A stretch of 64,000 nt of DNA, taken from the NCBI GenBank assembly GCA_963789955.1, contig CAWBMV010000001.1:32001-96000 (forward strand), written 5' to 3'. Numbering within the stretch: the stretch's first letter is position 1; every line of letters begins with the position of its first letter. This DNA is from an uncultured Candidatus Rokubacteria bacterium (GTDB lineage Bacteria > Methylomirabilota > Methylomirabilia > Rokubacteriales > CSP1-6). Of this stretch, positions 52,200 to 61,693 are shown one piece after another. Made by a program: the position numbers and the translations under genes. The notes under the pieces were generated by a model, which was given only the letters and a program-made list of their open reading frames with translations, was not told the origin of the DNA and made no database searches.

Positions 52200-53283
52200 C
52201 TAGAGCGAGAGAGACGAGCGGGCGCGACCGTACGCCGGGTCGTCGCTGCGGGTGAGGTCGGGGTTGACGCCGCGGTGGACGGCGGCGTGGTAGATGAAGA
52301 GCTGGAGCGGCACGATCGTGAGGATCGGCGAGAGCAGCTCGTCGATCTCGGGCAGCGCGATCGTCTCGGCCGCGAGTGCGCTGATCTCGCGGTCGTCCTC
52401 GCGCGCCAGCGCGACCACCGGTGCTCCGACTTCTCTGGCCACGCGTGCGGCGGCCAAGCACCGCTCGTGTGACGGCCCGGGCGGCGCGATCACGAACACG
52501 ACGTCGTCGAGGCTCGAGCGCGGCCCACGCGCCGTGCAGGAACTGCTCGCAGTTGAAGCCGGCCGCCTGGGCGTGGCTGGCTTCGCTCATCTTCAACGCC
52601 GCCTCCCACGCGGTCGCCGTGTTCGGCCCGCCGCCCACGAACCAGTAGCAGCGCCGATCGCCGTAGCGCGCGGCGAGGTCCTCCCACGACTCTTGCCCGA
52701 GCAGGAAGGCGAGCATGTCGGGGATCCCATCGATGCTGCGCGCGATCTCGGCCTTGCCGCCCGCGACGCACGCCAGCTTGGCGAGGATCGCCAGCGCCGC
52801 GGTGTAGCTGACGGTGTGAGCGCCCGAGCTCTCCTGGTCCACCGTGCGGAGGGTCCAGTCGGCTTCCTCCGGCGCCTCCGGGCCCTTGCCGGTGATGACG
52901 ACCCCGGTGCCGCCGCCCGCCTTCACACGCTTGAGCGCCTCGCGCGAGTAGCGCCTCGTGCCGCCGTGGCTGAGCACGACGACGCCGGCGCGCCCGACGG
53001 CTTCTGGCCAGTAGCTCGCGAGCTCGAAGGCGTGGAAGGCGCGCGCCTTGAGCCCGAGCCCGCCGAGGCGCGCGAAGAGCAGCTCGCCGACGAGCGCCGC
53101 GTGCCACGAGGTGCCGACGCCGGTCAGCAGCACGTGGTCGAGCCCGCGCAGCCGAAGCGCCGCCGCCTCGATCGCATCGGCCTGCCCGCGGGCGACCAGC
53201 CGCAGCGCGCCGGGCTGGGCATAGATCGCGTCGTGCATGTAGTACGGATGGCCGGTGCGCGGCGCCGGCGGGCTGTCGCTCAC
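52200..53283 (-). CDS. SIS-domain sugar isomerase (GlmS C-terminal-like); frameshift near 52510
   Basis: MHDAIYAQP, GVGTSWHA, SHGG, AHTVSY, EAALKMSE, EQFLHG, RGVNPD. Confidence 0.85.
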
Positions 53284-53297
53284 GTCGTCGGTCTCCG

Positions 53298-54095
53298 CTA
53301 CTTCGCCGAGGGGAAGACGGGGGCGCGCTTCTCGCGAATCGCTTTCACGCCCTCGCGCACGTCGGGATACGAGAACGAGAGCATCTCGAGCGCCAGGGAC
53401 TGATCGAAGATCGGCCCGGCCTGGCGCAGCCAGTTGTTGAGCGCGCGCTTGGTCCACTGGATCGAGATCTGACTGCCGCGCGCGAGCCGGTCGGCGACGT
53501 CGAGCGCCTTCGGCATGACCTGATCCGGCGGCAGGCACATCGTGACCAGACCGATCCGCTCGGCCTCGCGTCCGTCGATGAAGTCGGCCGTGAGCAGATA
53601 GTATTTCGCCTTCGCCATCCCGCACAGGAGCGGCCAGAGGATCGCGGCGTGATCGCCCGCGGCCACGCCCAGCCGCGTGTGGCCGTCGGTGAAGCGCGCC
53701 GTCTCGGCGATGATGCTGACGTCGGCCATGAGCGCGACGACGAGCCCTGCGCCCACCGCGACGCCGTTGATCGCCGAGACCACCGGCTTGTCGAGGTTGA
53801 TCATGTTGTAGACCAGGTCGGAGGCCTCGCGCATCGTGCGCGTGAGCGCGTCGGGATTGCCCGCCATGTCTTCGACCAGCGAGAGATCACCGCCGGCCGA
53901 GAACGCCTTGCCGGCGCCGGTCACGACGACGACGCGCGTCTTCGGATCGGCGTCGACCACGGGCCAGATCTGCGTGAACTCCCAGTGCAGGCGCGCGTTG
54001 GCCGCGTTCAGCACTTCCGGCCGGTTGATGGTGACGACGAGCACCCCGTTCGGCTTGGACTCGAACGTGAGGTGGCGGAAGTCGGCGTAGTTCAT
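53298..54095 (-). CDS. enoyl-CoA hydratase/isomerase family protein
   Basis: AFSAGGDL, SAINGVAVGAG, DGHTRLGVAAGDH. Confidence 0.9.
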   Translation of the reverse strand: MNYADFRHLTFESKPNGVLVVTINRPEVLNAANARLHWEFTQIWPVVDADPKTRVVVVTGAGKAFSAGGDLSLVEDMAGNPDALTRTMREASDLVYNMINLDKPVVSAINGVAVGAGLVVALMADVSIIAETARFTDGHTRLGVAAGDHAAILWPLLCGMAKAKYYLLTADFIDGREAERIGLVTMCLPPDQVMPKALDVADRLARGSQISIQWTKRALNNWLRQAGPIFDQSLALEMLSFSYPDVREGVKAIREKRAPVFPSAK

Positions 54096-54106
54096 GATGT
54101 CGCTCC

Positions 54107-54466
54107 TCAGGCCAGCTCGGGGCCGACGCCGCCGCCGGTCCACGAGAACGAATGCACGGTCAGCGCCTCGGGCAGCGGTGCGTTCGGCGCGTCGACCGCG
54201 GTGCGAACGTAGGAGAGCAGCGAGTCGAACAGCTCGGCCGTGTTGATCCGCCGAAACCAGAGCGGCCGGCCGTTGAGATAGACGAAGATCACGTTCGCCT
54301 CGCTGCACGGCCCAAGGCACTCGGAGAACGCGAAGCGCACCCGCCCCTGCAGGCCGGCCGCGTCGAACACGCGCCGCGTCGCCGGCCGCGAAATGCGGGC
54401 GGCGCCGTTGTTGGTGTGACCGCAGCAGCACCCGAAGCACGCGAACATCAGCCCGGCGTCAGCCAT
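54107..54466 (-). CDS. thioredoxin-like (2Fe-2S) ferredoxin-domain protein
   Basis: CFGCCCG...SECLGPC...NV motif. Confidence 0.7.
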   Translation of the reverse strand: MADAGLMFACFGCCCGHTNNGAARISRPATRRVFDAAGLQGRVRFAFSECLGPCSEANVIFVYLNGRPLWFRRINTAELFDSLLSYVRTAVDAPNAPLPEALTVHSFSWTGGGVGPELA

Positions 54467-55649
54467 GAACTGCCATGGTACCCGAGCTTCGGGCGCGCGT
54501 GAGCAGGAGTAGCGCGGTGACGGCCAGGGCGGTCGTCGAGATCGCGGGCAGGAGCCCGGCCAGGCGCATGCCCAGGACGCCCGAGAGAAACGGCCCGAGG
54601 AAGATCCCGGCGTCCACCGAGACGCGGTAGAGCCCGGTGCGCCACGCGATGCGCTCGGGCTCGGTCTCTCGCCGCAGGAGGGTCAGCGGCAGCATCCAGC
54701 CCGACATCGAGAGGCCGAAGAGCGCGCAGCCGGCGACGACCACGGGCAGCGCGCCGAAGCCGATCAGCGCGTTCGCGGTCGCCATCAGGACCAATATGCC
54801 GGGCAGCACGCGGACCGCCCCATGCCGATCGGCGAGCAGGCCGGTCGGGATCAGCGCCGCGATGTCGAAGATCTGCTGGACCATGAACAGACGCGCCACC
54901 CCGGCGCGCTCGAGCCCGAACTCGCGGCTGCCGCGCAGCGGAACCACGAACTGCTCCATCGTGGAGTACGTGAGGGCGACGAGTCCGCCGGCCGCGAAGG
55001 CGAGCGGCACCAGCGAGGCGTGGCGGGCGACGCGCGCGAGCGGGCTCGCCGGCGCGCTCGTGGTCTCGCGGGCGGGTATCGCGGTCGCTCGCGCGCTCGC
55101 GTGCGCGGGAAGCGCGGACATGAGCTTCGGCGCGATCCCGATGGCGAGGAGCTGCGGGGCGCACGCGAGCAGGAACGCGGTGTTCCAGGCCAGACCCGAC
55201 GGCAAGGTTCCGATCAGCGCGGCGCCGCCGAGCATGCCGATCATCGCGGAGAGCTCGTACGCCGCGAGCGCCGACGCGAGATTCTTTCCCGACTGGAAGC
55301 GCAGGATCGCCGTGAGCCCGGCGACCATGCTGAGCGCCTGCCCGAGACCCATGAGCAGACGGCCGAGCACGATCGTGGTGAACCCGCCGCCCGCCGTGAC
55401 GCAGAGGGCGCCGAGCACGAGCACGAGAGGGCCGACCCACAGCGCGCGACGGAGATGGTGAGTCAAGAAGAGGCCGAGCGGAACATCGGCCACCATCCGC
55501 GCGAAGCCGAAGGCGCCCGCCACGATGCCGAGCTGCCAGTCGGCGAGCGCCGCGCTGCGCGCGATGTCGGGCAGGACCGCGGGGAAGGCGCCGCTCGAAA
55601 CGAGGTTGGAGAAGGTCGTCAGACACAGCAGAGCGGTCAGGGACGTCAC
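54459..55649 (-). CDS. MFS transporter
   Basis: About 12 TM helices, GLLADRHG, D.GIFLGP. Confidence 0.82.
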   Translation of the reverse strand: MTSLTALLCLTTFSNLVSSGAFPAVLPDIARSAALADWQLGIVAGAFGFARMVADVPLGLFLTHHLRRALWVGPLVLVLGALCVTAGGGFTTIVLGRLLMGLGQALSMVAGLTAILRFQSGKNLASALAAYELSAMIGMLGGAALIGTLPSGLAWNTAFLLACAPQLLAIGIAPKLMSALPAHASARATAIPARETTSAPASPLARVARHASLVPLAFAAGGLVALTYSTMEQFVVPLRGSREFGLERAGVARLFMVQQIFDIAALIPTGLLADRHGAVRVLPGILVLMATANALIGFGALPVVVAGCALFGLSMSGWMLPLTLLRRETEPERIAWRTGLYRVSVDAGIFLGPFLSGVLGMRLAGLLPAISTTALAVTALLLLTRARSSGTMAVHG

Positions 55650-55677
55650 GAGGCCTTTTATGGTAAACCATTGCCCC

Positions 55678-56433
55678 ATGACCGAGGCCACGATCCGGCT
55701 GGACGTGCAGGGCGACGTCGCGCGCATCACGTTCGACCGGCCGCACGTGCTGAACGCGGGCAACTCGCGCTTCGCGACGGAGCTCGGCGAGGCGGTCGCG
55801 TCGATCAACGCCCGGCGAGACGTGCGCGTGGTCGTGATGACCGGCGCCGGCCGGGCGTTTCAGACCGGCGTCGATCTCAAGGCGCTCGCGGCCGGCGAGC
55901 TGACGCAGCCCGATCTGGTCCGGTGGGAAGACGCGATGACCGAGATCGAGCGCATGGACAAGCTCGTCATCGCGGGGATCAACGGGCACTGCATCGGCGG
56001 CGGCCTCCAGCTGGCGCTCGTGTGCGACTACCGGCTGGCCGTCGAGGACGCGCTGCTCAGCCTGCCGGCCGTCAAGGAATGCCTGATTCCGTCGATGTCG
56101 CTCTTTCGCCTGCCGCGGCTGATCGGCATGGGGCGCGCCAAGGAGCTGATCCTGCTCGGCGAGCCGATCACCGCGCGCGAGGGCGAGCGCATCGGTCTCG
56201 TGAACCGCGCGGTGCCCGCGGCCGACTTTCCGAAGGCACTCGACGAGATCACCGAGAAATTCCTGGCGCTGCCGCCGGTGAGCGTGACCGCCAGCAAGCG
56301 CCTGAGCACGTCGGCATTCGACCTCGACTTCGAGACGTTCCGCCGGGAGATGAACACGGCCCTGGCCGGGTGCTTCGCGTCCGACGAGCACCAGCGCGCG
56401 ATGGCCAATATCCGATCCAAGAAACGGAGCTGA
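55678..56433 (+). CDS. enoyl-CoA hydratase/isomerase family protein
   Basis: AFQTGVDL, GINGHCIGGGLQLALVCD. Confidence 0.88.
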   Translation: MTEATIRLDVQGDVARITFDRPHVLNAGNSRFATELGEAVASINARRDVRVVVMTGAGRAFQTGVDLKALAAGELTQPDLVRWEDAMTEIERMDKLVIAGINGHCIGGGLQLALVCDYRLAVEDALLSLPAVKECLIPSMSLFRLPRLIGMGRAKELILLGEPITAREGERIGLVNRAVPAADFPKALDEITEKFLALPPVSVTASKRLSTSAFDLDFETFRREMNTALAGCFASDEHQRAMANIRSKKRS

Positions 56434-56435
56434 CG

Positions 56436-57399
56436 ATGAAGATCCTCTACACGCCGCTGATGATCGTGCCGTCCGTCTCACCCGAGCAGCGCGCCGCCAT
56501 CCTCGACGCCGCCGGCCCGGGCTCCACCTTCGTCGAGGCGAAGGACGCCGCCACGCAGCGACGCGAGATCGTCGACACCGACGCGCTCTTCGGCCGCGTG
56601 TCGCCGGAGATCTTTCCGCTCGGCAAGCGTCTTCGCTACTACCAGTCGATCGGCGCAGGGGTCGACTCGATCCTGACCCAGGAGCTGGTCGAGAGCGACG
56701 TGCCGCTGGCGAGCGAGAAGGGCGGGGTCGGCATTCATCTGGCCGAGCACGCGTTCGCGCTCTTGCTGGCGCTCACTCGCGGCCTGCACACCGCGATCCG
56801 TCAGCCCGACTACAGCCTGCGCGAGCCGATCCGGCTCCGTCAGCTCGAGCTCTACGATCTGACGATGGGCATCGTCGGCTTCGGCGGCACCGGCCGCGAG
56901 GTCGCGAAGCGGGCGCTCGGATTCGGCATGCGCGTGCTGGGCGTCGATATCGAGGACGTGGCGCCGGAGCCCGGCGTCGAGGCCATCTGGAAGCCCGATC
57001 GGCTCGGCGACCTGCTCGGCGCGTCGGACGCCGTGGTGATCTGCCTGCCGCTGACGAAGGCGACCCACCATCTCTTCACGCGCGACCTGTTCCGCAAGAT
57101 GAAGAAGACCGGCTATCTCATCAACGTCACGCGCGGCGCGATCGTGTACGGCGACGATCTGCTGAAGGCGCTCGACGAGGAGACGATCGGCGGCGCCGGC
57201 CTCGACGTCACCGATCCCGAGCCGCTGGCGGCCAACCATCGGCTGTGGACGCATCCGCGCGCGATCGTGACGCCGCACACCGCGGGCGGCTCGCCGCGGC
57301 GGGCGCAGCGGGTCATCGACACGTTCTGCGAGAACCTGCGGCGGATGCGGGCTGGGAAAGCCGCTCATCGCGCTGATCGACAAGCGCAAAGGGTACTAG
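56436..57399 (+). CDS. D-2-hydroxyacid dehydrogenase; C-terminal frameshift
   Basis: GAGVD, GFGGTG, INVTRG, GLDVTDPEPL, TPHTAG. Corrected end ...IDKRKGY*. Confidence 0.9.
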
Positions 57400-57421
57400 C
57401 GGAGCCTGAGTCTCAGCGCGC

Positions 57422-57574
57422 GAGGCGGGCGGGGCCTGGCGCAGGGGCACGGCTCCGGCGGGGCGGCTGCGTCACCCACTCGCCCGATTCGCAGCGCTTC
57501 GCGCTGCGGGCGGGACGAGGGGGGCCCACTACGCCGCCCCGCCGAAGCCGTGCCCTGCGCCACCCGCCCGTCTC
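57422..57574. repeat. long nested inverted repeat (REP/MITE-like hairpin)
   Basis: Arms 57437-57467 and 57533-57562 are nearly complementary, outer arms are 57422-57433/57563-57574, and the inner hairpin is CGCAGCGC-TTC-GCGCTGCG. Confidence 0.75.
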
Positions 57575-57639
57575 CCGTCGCTGCGCTCCGCCTCCCGGGA
57601 TAGACTGGCCTAGAGAAGATTGGCCTGGAGAAGAACTCG

Positions 57640-58488
57640 ATGATTTCTAGAACACTGCTTTCGAATGCCTCGCTGCGGGTGGTCGATCGGCGGTGTAACT
57701 CGTCGGCGGCGGATGCGCCGTTCCTTGAGATGCATGCGGATTATTCGCTGTCTTACGTGCGGCGGGGGACGTTTGGGTATCGGAGTCGTGGGACTTCGTT
57801 CGAGCTTGTTGCGGGGTCGATTCTGGTTGGTTATCCCGGTGATGAGTACGTGTGCACGCACGACCATGCGGGGGGCGACGGGGACGAATGTCTGTCGTTC
57901 CACCTGTCGCGGGAGCTCGTGGAAAGTGTCGGTGATCGCGCGGACGTGTGGCGGCGAGGCTGCGTGCCGGCGATTTCCGAGCTGATGGTGGTTGGTGAGC
58001 TCGCGCAGGCGATCGCGGCCGGGCGGGCCGACGTCGGGCTGGATGAGGTCGGCATCGCGATGGTCGTGCGCTTTGTTGGCCTGGTGTCAGGGCGGACGCG
58101 ACGGCCGATGGGTGCGCCGGCGCGGGATCGGCGGCGAGCGGTGGAGGCGGCCGGGTGGATCGAGGCGCATGCGAGCGAACGCGTGGACCTGACGAGCGCG
58201 GCGCGCGCGGTTGGGTTGAGTCCGTTTCACTTTCTCCGGGTGTTCGCCGGGGTGCTCGGGGTGACTCCTCACCAGTATCTGGTTCGGGCGCGCCTGCGTC
58301 ACGCGGCGCGCCTGCTGGCCGACGATACACGGTCGATCACCGACGTCGCGCTCGACGTCGGGTTTGGCGATCTCTCGAACTTCGTGCGTACCTTCCACCG
58401 CGCCGCGGGTGTGTCGCCCAGCGGCTTCCGGCGAGCGGCCCGAGGCGACCGCAAGATTCTCCAAGAGAGGCTCGCGCGCCCGGCCTAG
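57640..58488 (+). CDS. AraC family transcriptional regulator
   Basis: [39 protein letters not shown]. Confidence 0.92.
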   Translation: MISRTLLSNASLRVVDRRCNSSAADAPFLEMHADYSLSYVRRGTFGYRSRGTSFELVAGSILVGYPGDEYVCTHDHAGGDGDECLSFHLSRELVESVGDRADVWRRGCVPAISELMVVGELAQAIAAGRADVGLDEVGIAMVVRFVGLVSGRTRRPMGAPARDRRRAVEAAGWIEAHASERVDLTSAARAVGLSPFHFLRVFAGVLGVTPHQYLVRARLRHAARLLADDTRSITDVALDVGFGDLSNFVRTFHRAAGVSPSGFRRAARGDRKILQERLARPA

Positions 58489-58491
58489 GAT
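58450..58491 (+). promoter_or_regulatory. putative AraC-dependent promoter embedded in the araC 3' end
   Basis: CAAGA-N5-CAAGA direct repeat (58452-58466), then TAGGAT at 58486-58491 ahead of the SRPBCC gene. Confidence 0.4.
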
Positions 58492-58518
58492 GACCTCCTG
58501 GCAGCAAAGGAGGACACC

Positions 58519-58911
58519 ATGGCGTCTATTCGGAAGGAGATCCTGCTCGACGCGCGGCCCGAAGAAGTCTGGGACGCGGTCCGCGACATCGGCGCGCTCC
58601 ACACACGGCTCGTGCCCGGGTTCGTCACCGATACCCGCCTCGAAGAAGGCGCGCGCATCGTCACCTTCGGCAACGGGATGGTCGTGCGCGAGCTGATCGT
58701 CGACCTCGACGATCAGGCGCGGCGACTCGTCTGGTCCGCGCGCGGCCGGCTCACGCACCACAACGCGTCGGCCCAGGTTTTCGCCGAGGGCGAGCAGCGC
58801 GCCAAGCTCGTCTGGACGGCCGACGTCCTGCCGAACGAGCTTGCGGGCGATATCCGGGCCATGATGGAGCAGGGCGCGGCCGCCATGCAGAAGGCCTTCG
58901 CGAAGCGATGA
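58519..58911 (+). CDS. SRPBCC (polyketide cyclase/dehydrase-like) family protein
   Basis: MASIRKEI, VWDAVRDIGALHTRLVPGFV, THHNASAQV. Confidence 0.85.
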   Translation: MASIRKEILLDARPEEVWDAVRDIGALHTRLVPGFVTDTRLEEGARIVTFGNGMVVRELIVDLDDQARRLVWSARGRLTHHNASAQVFAEGEQRAKLVWTADVLPNELAGDIRAMMEQGAAAMQKAFAKR

Positions 58912-58948
58912 CGCATCCGCTCGTCACGGCCGGAGCTCGTGTCGAGCC

Positions 58949-60313
58949 TTACACCGGCCGCTCGAAGCCGTACTCGCGCGTCTGGTTGAGATCGTCCGGC
59001 AGGATCCGCTCGCCGGTGCGCCGGAAGCCCATCCGTTCGTAGAGGCGGTGCGCCTGATCGAAGCGCGTGTCCGACCAGAGGATCAGGCGCCCGATCTGCT
59101 GCGCTCGGCACCACTCGAGCACCGTCTCGACCAGCGCGCGGCCTGTCCCGCGGCCGCGCAGGCGCGCGTCGAGGTAGAGCCGATGGAGCTCGGCGCTGCC
59201 GTCCTCGAGCCGCTCGACACCGACCGAGCCGACGATCACTCCGCCGTCACGCACGACGTAGAACGCGCCGCGCGGTGCTGCATAGTGCTCCTCGAAGCGA
59301 AACAAGTCGGGGACCTCGACCTCGGGCACGTAGACGAAGCCGTATTCCAGATAGACGCGGCCGATGAGCTCGACGACACCGGGTGCGTCGGCGCCTCTGG
59401 CCGGTTCGACGGCCAGCGCGGCGCCGGCCTCGCGCCCGCGCGAGCGGCCGCGAACCGCCAGCCGATCCCACGGCAGCACGATGACGGCGATACCGAGGAG
59501 TACCAGCGCCATGCCCGCGAGCCGGAGCGGACCGAACTGCTCACCGAACACGAGCGCCGACGAGTAGCCGCCGACGAACGGTACCAGCAGGGCAAACGGC
59601 GTCACCGTCGCGGCCGGATATCGGCGCAGCAGCCGGCCCCAGACGGCATAGGCGAAGATGGTGGCCACGACGCCGAGGTACAGCGCGGACAAGACGGCGC
59701 TCGACGAGGCGATCGAGAGGTCGTAGGCCAATGCCGCGGGCCCGTCCACCATCAGCGCGAGCGCCAGCGCCGGAAGCGGCGGGACGAGGCTGAGCCAGAC
59801 GACCAGATGGAGCATGTCGACGTCGTCGAGCCCCTTCAAGAGAATGTTCCCGACACCCCAGCTGATCGCGGAGCCCATCGCGAGGCCGAACCCGAGCGGG
59901 GTCAGATCCTGGCCGACGGTCAGCACGATCAGCACGAGCCCCGCGAACGCCGTGATCACGCCCGCGATCTGGCGCGCGGTCGGCCGTTCGCGCAGGACCA
60001 TCGCCGCGAACACGATCGTGAACAGCGCCTGGGTCTGGACGAGCAGCGACGCCAGGCCGGGCGGCACGCCGTCGGTGATCGCGAAGAATTGCAGGAGGAA
60101 CTGGCCGGCGAAGAGGGTCGAGCCGATCGCGATCAGACGCGGCCAGCTCACCGCCGGGCGCGGCAGCACCAGCGCCGGGAGGGCCGCGATCGCGAACCGC
60201 AGCGCCGTCAAGGTGGGCGGCGAGAAGCTATCGAGCGCGAGCCCCGTGGCGACGAACGCCAGGCCCCAGATGACGACGACCAGCAGCACGAGCGCGACGT
60301 GAAGAGGGCTCAG
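58949..60313 (-). CDS. EamA/DMT transporter fused to a C-terminal GNAT acetyltransferase; possible CTG start
   Basis: VIWGLAF, LASLLVQTQALFT, PFALLVP, then ELHRLYL, RGRGTGRAL, AHRLYERMGF. Confidence 0.78.
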   Translation of the reverse strand: MSPLHVALVLLVVVIWGLAFVATGLALDSFSPPTLTALRFAIAALPALVLPRPAVSWPRLIAIGSTLFAGQFLLQFFAITDGVPPGLASLLVQTQALFTIVFAAMVLRERPTARQIAGVITAFAGLVLIVLTVGQDLTPLGFGLAMGSAISWGVGNILLKGLDDVDMLHLVVWLSLVPPLPALALALMVDGPAALAYDLSIASSSAVLSALYLGVVATIFAYAVWGRLLRRYPAATVTPFALLVPFVGGYSSALVFGEQFGPLRLAGMALVLLGIAVIVLPWDRLAVRGRSRGREAGAALAVEPARGADAPGVVELIGRVYLEYGFVYVPEVEVPDLFRFEEHYAAPRGAFYVVRDGGVIVGSVGVERLEDGSAELHRLYLDARLRGRGTGRALVETVLEWCRAQQIGRLILWSDTRFDQAHRLYERMGFRRTGERILPDDLNQTREYGFERPV

Positions 60314-60326
60314 GGCGCGGCCGGTC

Positions 60327-60554
60327 TCAGCTCAGGATGGCGCGACGGTAGTGGCTCGGGTAGACGATGCCGGGGCGCGTGGGCATCGCCGCCAGGTCTT
60401 GCGCGATCTGCCAGCCGAGCGTCTTCAGCGCCTCGACCTCGGAGCGCTCGCGCGAGGCGAGAGCGGTCCAGGCCGTCGCCTCGTCGGGCGCGGCCACGAT
60501 CACGGGCCCGATGAAGTCGTCGTCGCTGATGCGCTCGAAGAAGTAGAGGGTCAC
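60327..60554 (-). CDS. small hypothetical protein
   Basis: GTG start overlaps the upstream stop (GTGA); 75 aa. Confidence 0.6.
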   Translation of the reverse strand: MTLYFFERISDDDFIGPVIVAAPDEATAWTALASRERSEVEALKTLGWQIAQDLAAMPTRPGIVYPSHYRRAILS

Positions 60555-60833
60555 TCCGGCTTGAGATCGGGCCGCTTGAGGGCGAGCGCCGACCACTCGA
60601 GGCGTCGCCTTGCGCTTGAACTCGATCGCCTTCTCCCACTCGTCGAGCGAATAGCAGTCGCGCTCGGCGACGCAGCGGATCTCGGTCACGGTGCGCTCGT
60701 CGAGGCCCAGACGCTCCGCGATCTGCTTGTCGGAGAGGCCGGGCTGGTCGATCTTCTGGAACGAGTTGCAGAGCTTCAGCACCTCGTCCTTGTAGCGCTT
60801 GTAGACCTCGGGGTCGAGCTTGAACACCGGCAT
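60551..60833 (-). CDS. small HTH-like protein; frameshift near 60605
   Basis: GLSDKQIAERLGLDERTVTEI. Corrected end LEWSALALKRPDLKPE*. Confidence 0.6.
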
Positions 60834-60834
60834 G

Positions 60835-61693
60835 CTATCTCATCTCCCTGAGCCCGTGCGCGGCGGGGCACACGCGCATGCACTCGAAGCACTGCGCGAT
60901 GTTCGTCGACGAGTAGGTGATGGCCCAGAGGCTGCGCGTGAAGAAGTCGCCGTAGAGCAGCATCTTGCGCTTGTCGCGGTCGGGCTCGTTGAGCGTCTCC
61001 TCGAGCACCTTCTGAAAGCCGCCGACCCAGTGCGTGTGCACGCGCGTGTTGCAGCGCGCGGCGTCGTAGAAGGTCCGCACGGCCCGGCCGTTCTCGAGCT
61101 TGCCGGAGAGACAGCCGCCGTTCGAGCCCGGACAGGTGGCGAGGCACGGCGTCGTCCGCTCGCGGTCCCACATCTCGACGCACGACGGCGCCGGGCACGC
61201 GGGGCTCGTCTCGGCGCCGTCGGCCTCGAAGGGCGCCGTGGTGATCACCGCGCTCCAGTACATGAAGCCGTGCTCGCGGTTGAGCACGGGGCCGGCGAGC
61301 GATTTGGATCCAAGGCCGGCGAGCTCGCGCGGCCAGCATCAGCGAGAGGAAGGGCGTGTCGCCGCTCGCCGTGCCGGGCGGGACGTAGAGGGCGTAGTAG
61401 CCGAACTCGCTCTCGATGTACTGGGCGAGCCGCCGGCCCACGCCCTGGATGCGCTCGGTCGTGCCCATCGTCTGCATGACCCACGGCGAGGTCGCCGCCC
61501 AGTCGCCCTCGCGCGGCTGCGCACCGCCGACCACCACGACCGATCGAGCGCCCGGCAGCAGATCGCCGGGCCGATGCTTCTCCGGCGCGTGCGCGTCGAA
61601 CGCCGCGGCGTCGGCGATGCCGCAGACGGTCGCGCCCGCCTTGAGGGCGACCGACTTCAGCGTCGCGGTGGCAGCCGGAAGGGAGATCGGCAT
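60835..61693 (-). CDS. QueG/reductive dehalogenase-like Fe-S protein, paralogue B; frameshift near 61330
   Basis: GATVCGIAD, RPGDLLPGARSVVV, CPAPSC-x11-CLATCP, CNTR, QCFECMRVCP. Confidence 0.75.

Noticed and set aside
60327..60833. Single 168-aa ORF
   Set aside because: Better explained as two genes with a GTGA overlap at 60551-60554 plus one indel near 60605.
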